The position numbers and the translations under genes are program-made. A stretch of DNA of 30,360 nucleotides, taken from NCBI GenBank assembly GCA_963977445.1, contig CAXBPH010000060.1, positions 1 to 30,360 on the forward strand. The letters are read 5' to 3'. Position 1 is the first letter of the stretch; the number at the start of each line of letters is the position of its first letter. Positions 21,902 to 28,542 of this stretch are shown one piece after another. This stretch comes from an uncultured bacterium. Lineage in GTDB: Bacteria; Hydrogenedentota; Hydrogenedentia; Hydrogenedentales; JAEUWI01. Under the pieces are notes generated by a model that ran no database searches, had not been told where the DNA came from, and saw only the letters and a list, made by a program, of their open reading frames with translations.

Positions 21902-24328
21902 ATGATGTTAAAAATGAAGACATTGATAGCGATGGGTACCCTGCTCCTGGCCATAGTGCCGGCAAGTAGTGAGGAATTGACGGTCTACCCCAGCCAGATC
22001 ACACTGAGCAACGCGCACGATATCGAACGCCTCATTGCCGTGGTTACCCGTCCCGACGGTGTTACCCTGGACGTGACCAATGAAGTTACCCTGGCCTTCG
22101 GTGCCGAAAATGTCGCCGCCTGGGGTGAGGATAAGCGTCTACACGGCACGGGGGATGGCGAAACGACCATTACCGTAACGCACGGTGACCTGACCGCGAC
22201 CGTACCCCTCGTTGTCCAGAATTCCGGTTCCGTCCCAGCGACCACCTTCTCCAATGACGTGCTGCCTGCCATCATGCGTGCCGGTTGTAACACGGGCGCT
22301 TGCCACGGCAGCGCACAAGGTAAGAACGGCTTTCGTCTCAGCCTCTTCGGATTTGACCCGGGCTACGATTTCATCAGCCTTACCCGGGATTCCCGCAGCC
22401 GTCGCATTAATGCGGCCTTGCCCGAAGAGAGCCTCATGTTGACCAAGCCACTGGGCCAGGTTGATCACGAAGGCGGCTCTGTTATACAGCCCGGCGACGG
22501 TCTCTACGAACCCATGCTGCAGTGGATTCGGGAAGGTACGAAGGCCGATCCTGCGGATTTGCCCACGCTGACCAACATTAACATCTATCCTCCTGAAGCT
22601 GTGCTTGAAGGGGAAGGCAGCCAGCAGCGTTTTGTGCTCATGGCCGACTACAGCGATGGGACAACCCGGGACGTGACCGATTCGACCGTGCTGAGTTCCA
22701 GCGATGAGTTGACGCTCACCGTCGATGCTGCGGGTGTCTCAACGGCCGGTGGTAAAGGCGAAGTTTACGTCATGGCGCGCTACGGCACTTTTGCCGTGGT
22801 CTCCAAGGCCATCGTAATTCCCCAGGGGATGGTGGTTGAATGGCCCGAAGTCCCCGAGAAAAATTATATTGATACCTTCGTTTTCAACAAGCTGAAGAAA
22901 CTTCGCATTCCTCCTGCGGAGCTTTGCGACGACGGCACCTTCATCCGCCGTGCCTTTGTGGATATTCTGGGCAACATTCCGTCCGAGGAAGAAACACAGG
23001 CATTCCTGGCCGATGCGGACCCGGCAAAGCGCGAAAAACTCGTCGATATCTTGTTGGAGCGTCCTGAATTCGTCGATGTTTGGGCCATGAAATGGGCCGA
23101 GGCACTTCGTGTTGCCGAAATCCCCAATGTCCTTGACCGCAAAGGCATGAATCGATACAACGACTGGTTGCGACAGGCCATCAGCGCCAATACCCCCATG
23201 GACCAACTGGTTCGGGAGCTTCTCGGTGCCAAGGGCGGCAACTTTACCAATCCCGCCGCCAACTTCTATGTCATCGAGCGTGACCCCCTCTTGATGGCGG
23301 AAAACGTTGCCCAAGTCTTCCTGGGCATTCAATTGAAGTGCGCTCAGTGTCACAATCACCCCTTCGAACGCTGGACGATGGATGACTATTACTCCTTCTC
23401 CGCTTTCTTCGCGCAGGTGGGACGGAAGGGTTCCAGTGATCCCCGCGAGTCCATCATCTTCAACAGTGGTGGTGGCGAAGTGAAGCACGCGAACACGGGC
23501 CAGAATATGGCACCCAAGTTCCTTGCCGGCGAAACCCCGGATGTGGCGGGCAAAGATCGTCGGGTTGTGCTCGCCGAGTGGATTACATCCCCGGAAAATC
23601 CCTGGTTTGCGAAGAATCTCGCCAACCGCGTCTGGGCCCATTTCCTGGGAGCAGGTATTGTTGATCCCCCCGATGACGTGCGCGTGACGAATCCGCCCAC
23701 CAACCCGATGCTTCTTGAGGAACTCGGCGACAAGATGCGGGAGTACAATTACGATCTTCGTAAGCTGGTCCGGGATATCTGCACCTCCTACACCTATCAG
23801 ATGTCCACCCATCCCCGTGACCCCGGCAATAACGATGCCCGCAACTTTTCCCATGCCCAGGTGCGTCGCCTGACGTCAGAGCAAATGCTCGATGCCATCG
23901 TGAAAGTCACGGGCAATGATGTGAAGTTTGCCAATCTGCCCTTGGGCGCTACGGCATCCCAGGTTGCGGGTGGTGAGAGTGGCGTTTATTTCCTCAAGGT
24001 GTTTGGTCGTCCTATGCGCGAGACCGTGTGTACCTGTGAACGGACCGGTGACCCGAACTTGTCTCAGTCCCTTCACTTGATCAATGGCGACACCATCGAC
24101 AATGCCATTAAGGGTGCGGGCGGCTTGCTGGATTCCCTCCTGGCGGAGGAAGTGCCCCACGATCAGATAATCGATCGACTCTATCTTGCGGCCGTTTCGC
24201 GGACGCCGACGGAAGAAGAAAAGACGACCTTAAACGGCTACGTAGAGGCCGCTGAGAATAAGCGGGAAGCGTTGGAAGACGTTTTCTGGAGCATGCTGAA
24301 TTCCAAAGAGTTTATTTTTCAACACTAG
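21902..24328 (+). CDS. DUF1549 (PSCyt2)-DUF1553 (PSD1) protein with two Ig-like (Big_2-like) domains and heme c motifs
   Basis: Signal peptide; repeats LTVYP...DGVTLDVT / INIYP...DGTTRDVT; GCNTGACHG...GFRLSLFGFDP; NYIDTFV, FIRRAFVDILG, CAQCHNHPFERWT, NRVWAHFLG, RRLTSEQMLDAI, CTCER, NSKEFIFQH. Confidence 0.92.
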   Translation: MMLKMKTLIAMGTLLLAIVPASSEELTVYPSQITLSNAHDIERLIAVVTRPDGVTLDVTNEVTLAFGAENVAAWGEDKRLHGTGDGETTITVTHGDLTATVPLVVQNSGSVPATTFSNDVLPAIMRAGCNTGACHGSAQGKNGFRLSLFGFDPGYDFISLTRDSRSRRINAALPEESLMLTKPLGQVDHEGGSVIQPGDGLYEPMLQWIREGTKADPADLPTLTNINIYPPEAVLEGEGSQQRFVLMADYSDGTTRDVTDSTVLSSSDELTLTVDAAGVSTAGGKGEVYVMARYGTFAVVSKAIVIPQGMVVEWPEVPEKNYIDTFVFNKLKKLRIPPAELCDDGTFIRRAFVDILGNIPSEEETQAFLADADPAKREKLVDILLERPEFVDVWAMKWAEALRVAEIPNVLDRKGMNRYNDWLRQAISANTPMDQLVRELLGAKGGNFTNPAANFYVIERDPLLMAENVAQVFLGIQLKCAQCHNHPFERWTMDDYYSFSAFFAQVGRKGSSDPRESIIFNSGGGEVKHANTGQNMAPKFLAGETPDVAGKDRRVVLAEWITSPENPWFAKNLANRVWAHFLGAGIVDPPDDVRVTNPPTNPMLLEELGDKMREYNYDLRKLVRDICTSYTYQMSTHPRDPGNNDARNFSHAQVRRLTSEQMLDAIVKVTGNDVKFANLPLGATASQVAGGESGVYFLKVFGRPMRETVCTCERTGDPNLSQSLHLINGDTIDNAIKGAGGLLDSLLAEEVPHDQIIDRLYLAAVSRTPTEEEKTTLNGYVEAAENKREALEDVFWSMLNSKEFIFQH

Positions 24329-24434
24329 CCAGTATTCGGTGTTCGGTTAACTGCCGACCCGGGTGATTACAAGCGCAAATATAACGGGCAAGGTCTGCGG
24401 GAGAGCCGTTAGAGACCGCTGAGGAGTAAAGGAT

Positions 24435-24878
24435 ATGAAGATGCTACGAGTAAAACAGTGGATAGCGCCTGTGGCGTTGCTTGCCATCGGGTTTACAGCA
24501 CCGGTTGCTATGGCCGAAGATGCGCCTGCCGCGCCCAATCTTGACGCGGTGCTTACCGATCTCGCTAAGATTGGTCCCGATCAACTTATTACGCACGTGG
24601 AAGCCCTGAAGGCCGAGATCGGTACGCTCAAGGCAGAGTCCGAAGCGGCGACGAAGAAGGCCGCCGAATTGGAAGCCCAGTCTGCCGCCGTGAAAGCCAA
24701 GGTAGAGACCATTGAGAAATTCATCGCTTCGGTTCAGGTAGCCATGGCCCCGCCCGCACCGGCTCCGGCTCCAGAGGCTGCCCCCGCGCCAGCTCCGGCC
24801 GCGCCCGCTCCGGCCGCGCCCGCGCCCGCGCCCGCGCCTGAGGCTGCACCGGCCCCCGCTCCTGCTCCTGCCCAGTAA
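24435..24878 (+). CDS. Secreted coiled-coil protein with Pro/Ala-rich tail (hypothetical)
   Basis: GAGGAG/AAGGA RBS; signal peptide ending APVAMA; heptad-like helix; C-terminal APAP low-complexity tail. Confidence 0.8.
   Translation: MKMLRVKQWIAPVALLAIGFTAPVAMAEDAPAAPNLDAVLTDLAKIGPDQLITHVEALKAEIGTLKAESEAATKKAAELEAQSAAVKAKVETIEKFIASVQVAMAPPAPAPAPEAAPAPAPAAPAPAAPAPAPAPEAAPAPAPAPAQ
24747..24875 (+). repeat. GC-rich coding low-complexity repeat (Ala-Pro)
   Basis: Encodes APPAPAPAPEAAPAPAPAAPAPAAPAPAPAPEAAPAPAPAPAQ; includes tandem GCTCCGGCCGCGCCC x2 and GCGCCC iterations. Confidence 0.8.
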
Positions 24879-24937
24879 GGTTTAGGAATGCGTTGGGATA
24901 GAAACGACACGAAGAACGTAGAAACAGGAACCTGCTC

Positions 24938-26641
24938 ATGATGCATCGATTCTTAACACACAGCCTGCGATTGGCGTTGTGCTACGCGTTGGTTTTGGTT
25001 ACGGCACCTGTGGCCATGGCTCAGGAAGAGGCCCCAGCCGTTGACGCCACCATCTCCAACCTGATCGCCCAGGATCCCGCCGCACTGGTGGAAAAAATCA
25101 AGGGGATGAAGGCCGCAGCGAGTGCCCAGGATAAAGAGGCCGCCGAGTTGCGCGTGAAAGCTACGGACCTCACCAATAAAGCCGTCGCCAAGGAGGGTCA
25201 AATTAGCCGCCTTCTGGAACACGTCAAGGCCCTTGGTGAAAAGTACCAGATGGCTCCTCCTGCAGCGGCCATGAAGGAAGGCGAAGCCATGAAGGCTTCC
25301 GCACCTGCCGCCGCTCCAATGACCAATTTCGCCGATCATGTTGCCCCTATTTTTCAGGACCGCTGCATGCGCTGCCACAATGCCGACAAGGCCAAGAGTG
25401 GATTGAATCTCGGCACCTTTCTCAGTGCCATGGAAGGCGGTAGTGGTGGCCCATCCGTCATTCCCGGCGACCCGTCGGGCAGTCGACTTCTCGCTTTGGT
25501 TAGCGGGGCCGAAGAACCCCTTATGCCCCCGTCCGGCGACCCCCTGACCGCCGAGCAGATCGAGACTATCCGAAAGTGGATTGCCGATGGCGCACCGGCC
25601 GACAGTAAGTCCAAGGCGATGGCGAAAAAAGAAGTGCCGACGGTGGATGGCGCTGTATTTGTGGCCGCTTCCTTTGATGGCCCGCCGCCCATGCCGGAAG
25701 TGGAGCTGCCCAAGCCCCACGAGCTTCCCGGTCGTGGCGTCGTAGCCCGTGCCGTTGATACCAATCCTCGCTCGCCCCTGATGGCGGTTGGTGCCGATCG
25801 TCAGGTGCTGCTTTATCAGACCGATACCAACGAATTACTGGGTGCACTGCCCTTTCCTGAGGGTGACATCTTCACCCTTACCTTCAGTGTAAACGGAGAA
25901 TTGCTTCTTGCCGGTGGTGGCCAAGAGGGGGATACGGGGATCAGCGTCTTGTGGAATATCAAGACCGGGGAACGAATGGGCACCTATGGTCAATATTATG
26001 ACACGGTGCTCGCCGCAGATATCAGTCCCGATCACCGTATGATCGCTCTGGGTGGACCGAACAAGAAGGTTCGTGTCTATTCCACCGAGACGGGGGAGGA
26101 GCTGTATTCGATAGATAAGCACAACGACTGGATTTACGCGGTGAAGTTTACCCCCGATGGTGAAATTCTGACCACAGCAGACCGCGCCGGCAGCATGTTC
26201 GTCTGGCAGGCCGCCAATGGTCGGGATGTTGAGCAACTGCGGGGTCATACCGGTGCCATACACGCGCTGGCCTATACTGCCGATTCCAATATTCTGGCTT
26301 CGGTCGGCGAAGATGGCACGGTACAATTGTGGGATACGTGGAAGTACACCCGTATTCGCAGCTTCCAGGCCCACAACAAGGCCGCCCTCTATGTCGATAT
26401 CAGCACCGACGGTCGGATTATCACCGCTGGTGCCGATCGCCTGACCAAAATATGGGGTCTGGATGGCAAAGAGCAGAAGTCCTTTAAGGACGGTGGTGAC
26501 TGGGTCTACGCGGCCTGCTTTGGACAAAACAACCGCATCGTCGGTGGCACGTGGTCCGGTAGCGTAATCATGTGGGACGTGGAGTCTGGTGACGAGGTAG
26601 CCCAGCTGAGCACCAACCCATCGACTGAGCCCAAAGCCTGA
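24938..26641 (+). CDS. Secreted coiled-coil + Planctomycete-type cytochrome c (PSCyt1) + WD40 beta-propeller protein
   Basis: Signal peptide; FADHVAPIFQDRCMRCH...GLNL...VIPGDPSGSRL...MPP...IRKWIADGA; about 7 WD40 repeats (KHNDWIYAVKFTPDG, GHTGAIHALAY...VQLWD). Confidence 0.9.
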   Translation: MMHRFLTHSLRLALCYALVLVTAPVAMAQEEAPAVDATISNLIAQDPAALVEKIKGMKAAASAQDKEAAELRVKATDLTNKAVAKEGQISRLLEHVKALGEKYQMAPPAAAMKEGEAMKASAPAAAPMTNFADHVAPIFQDRCMRCHNADKAKSGLNLGTFLSAMEGGSGGPSVIPGDPSGSRLLALVSGAEEPLMPPSGDPLTAEQIETIRKWIADGAPADSKSKAMAKKEVPTVDGAVFVAASFDGPPPMPEVELPKPHELPGRGVVARAVDTNPRSPLMAVGADRQVLLYQTDTNELLGALPFPEGDIFTLTFSVNGELLLAGGGQEGDTGISVLWNIKTGERMGTYGQYYDTVLAADISPDHRMIALGGPNKKVRVYSTETGEELYSIDKHNDWIYAVKFTPDGEILTTADRAGSMFVWQAANGRDVEQLRGHTGAIHALAYTADSNILASVGEDGTVQLWDTWKYTRIRSFQAHNKAALYVDISTDGRIITAGADRLTKIWGLDGKEQKSFKDGGDWVYAACFGQNNRIVGGTWSGSVIMWDVESGDEVAQLSTNPSTEPKA

Positions 26642-26665
26642 TCGAAACAATCAATGCTGAAATAG

Positions 26666-26707
26666 ATAACCCGGTGTTTCTTTACTCGAAACACCGGGTT
26701 ATTTTTT
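26666..26707 (+). terminator. Rho-independent terminator, possibly bidirectional, between convergent genes
   Basis: Perfect 15-bp stem ATAACCCGGTGTTTC (26666-80)/GAAACACCGGGTTAT (26688-702), 7-nt loop, T-run after and A-rich flank before. Confidence 0.88.
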
Positions 26708-26732
26708 AGTTACAACGTAGTGTGGGGGAGGG

Positions 26733-27161
26733 TTATGCCCCAGGGGCCGTGCACCCGTCGCCCAGATTGGCCTGGACCGCATCGAGCACCCAGCTCGATA
26801 AAATGGCCATCGTGTAGCGACCGCCGTGATCGGCTTTCAATCCGACCTGGAAGGTGCAATTGTCCTTGTCCGGAAGACACCACGCAACGTGGGCCGGGAA
26901 GGAAATCTGTTTGTTGCCAACGGCAACCGGCACCTGTATCAGTGTTTGGGGTTTGATATAGCGCCCCAGGACCATGGAAAGACCACCATAGCTGACGTCA
27001 CTGAGTTGGGCACGGCTCAGGGAGCCGCTACCATCATAAAACTGCAGCGGCCCGCCCGTGGCCACACGGGTAAACCTCCGTGTATCTTTTTCTATTTCTA
27101 ACATCATTCTTCTACTTTCTACTTCGGTTCTACCGCGTACACCCGGAACAGGGTCATGCAC
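26733..27161 (-). CDS. Single-domain PilZ protein (predicted c-di-GMP receptor)
   Basis: RxxxR (RRFTR) and DxSxGG (DVSYGG) switch motifs, AHVAWC and VGL strands; real start may be ATG 27107. Confidence 0.82.
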   Translation of the reverse strand: MHDPVPGVRGRTEVESRRMMLEIEKDTRRFTRVATGGPLQFYDGSGSLSRAQLSDVSYGGLSMVLGRYIKPQTLIQVPVAVGNKQISFPAHVAWCLPDKDNCTFQVGLKADHGGRYTMAILSSWVLDAVQANLGDGCTAPGA

Positions 27162-27328
27162 ATGTTAATACCCCACATGCCCATCCGGGTTTCCTAATAT
27201 ATCCTCATCCTCGCCCTTCTCATGTCGCAGTGGAAGCGGAGGAGGGGACCTTCTGGTCGGGGCTGTCCACTATCTATAGAGTGATTGCGTTGCACCCGTC
27301 CGTTACATTAGGGAAGGGTTATGCATAC

Positions 27329-27360
27329 AAAAACGCCAACACGAGCGCTCGTGTTGACGT
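27329..27360 (-). terminator. Rho-independent terminator of the lipoprotein gene
   Basis: Perfect 20-bp palindrome CAACACGAGCGCTCGTGTTG (27337-56), extendable by a G-U pair on the minus strand and followed there by TTTTT; 30 bp after the stop. Confidence 0.8.
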
Positions 27361-27390
27361 GAAATTAAGTATTTCTGAACCCCGTGGGGG

Positions 27391-27924
27391 TTACCCCAGG
27401 GCAATCATGACCGTCGTCTTTCCACCATCGGTGGCCAGATTGTAGGTCAGGGTCTTCTCACCCTTGCTATAGGTCATCATTTCCATGGCACCCGCCTGGG
27501 AGATGTTCTGCACGGACTCCCAGCCCTGGGCCTCGATTTTAGTTCTCAAGGTCGCGGCCAGGTCGGCCATGGCGGTATCCACGGTTCCCTGGAGAATGAA
27601 GCCATTGCTCTCACCGGTCGTGTTCTGGACGAGGTTCCAGGTGACGCCGTCCGGAAGGGGCACATCGGCAGGCATGTCGGCGGGCAGGGAAACCGATTCA
27701 CCAGCTTCCATGGAAACTTCGTTGCCCTCGTGGTTCATTTTCATGGAAACCTGGCCCGTGGTCGAATCGATATCGACATCGGCATCGCCACCCATTTCCG
27801 ATTCAATGGCTTTCTCTGTGATGGTTTCTACCGCTTTGCCACATCCCGACAGCAGTAGACCCGAGAAAAGGGTTACAACTGCGGGGATGGCCACTAGACA
27901 GACGCGTTGTATATTTTTGTTCAT
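27391..27924 (-). CDS. Hypothetical lipoprotein
   Basis: AAGGA RBS then MNKNIQRV..., hydrophobic stretch, lipobox LSGC; LPADMPADVPLPDG motif. Confidence 0.8.
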   Translation of the reverse strand: MNKNIQRVCLVAIPAVVTLFSGLLLSGCGKAVETITEKAIESEMGGDADVDIDSTTGQVSMKMNHEGNEVSMEAGESVSLPADMPADVPLPDGVTWNLVQNTTGESNGFILQGTVDTAMADLAATLRTKIEAQGWESVQNISQAGAMEMMTYSKGEKTLTYNLATDGGKTTVMIALG

Positions 27925-28141
27925 GGTTTTGCTTTCCTTTGTTCCCTGATATTGAATCTTCTTGTAATGGAGCCGCATCGCAACGGATTGTTACGAGCCG
28001 GAGTATAGGTGTTGAGCTACCGGACTGAAAATATGGTAAATGAGCACACAGAAGGTCGAAATACGTCACGCTGCGCTGTTGCTACGCTAGCGCCGATGTT
28101 TTTATGAACGTGTAACGGGCTCTGTTGGCACCATTCTGATA

Positions 28142-28474
28142 TCAGCCGTCGCCCAGCTCGCCCACATAGACATTGGGCCCGCCCTTGACGTCTATCTGGA
28201 TTTGTTGGCCCTGGGTCGTGATTTTGATCTCTTTGACGTTGAAATCATCGGGGAGAATCACAATAGATTCAATACTATCCCGGGGAATGACTGCGGCACT
28301 CCGATGGGCGTCAATCTGCACATTGTTCGGCTGGCTACGGGCAATCATGACCGCCGTTGCTTCCATGGCCACCCAGAAGTCACTAAATGCCGTCACTTTT
28401 CCGACATAACTCAAGGGACGTTGTTCCTTAAAGGTGCGCTTCAGTTTAACGCGGACAATTCTATCTTTAATCAT
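28142..28474 (-). CDS. Hypothetical 110-aa protein, possible Sm/LSm/Hfq-like fold
   Basis: Strong AAGGAG RBS 8 nt before ATG 28474 (MIKDRIVRVKLK...); beta-strand pattern resembling Sm1/Sm2 motifs. Fold call is pattern-based. Confidence 0.7.
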   Translation of the reverse strand: MIKDRIVRVKLKRTFKEQRPLSYVGKVTAFSDFWVAMEATAVMIARSQPNNVQIDAHRSAAVIPRDSIESIVILPDDFNVKEIKITTQGQQIQIDVKGGPNVYVGELGDG

Positions 28475-28542
28475 GGTAACTACTCCTTCATCCCGGGCGG
28501 GTGCAACCCGCTGCATGGGGTTTCTGACTCCCTGGTGATTAT

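Noticed and set aside
24734..24946. Minus-strand Gly/Ala repeat ORF (silk-like GAGAGA)
   Set aside because: Reverse complement of the Ala-Pro tail of 24435-24878.
6947..26650. Long antisense ORFs (e.g. 6947-7987, 13254-14357, 18120-18950, 22739-23854, 25835-26650)
   Set aside because: They mirror well-supported genes and are expected from codon bias in GC-rich DNA; no motifs.
27337..27356. 20-bp perfect palindrome as an operator, REP or recombination site
   Set aside because: Position after a stop codon and the minus-strand T-tract explain it as a terminator; no second copy seen.
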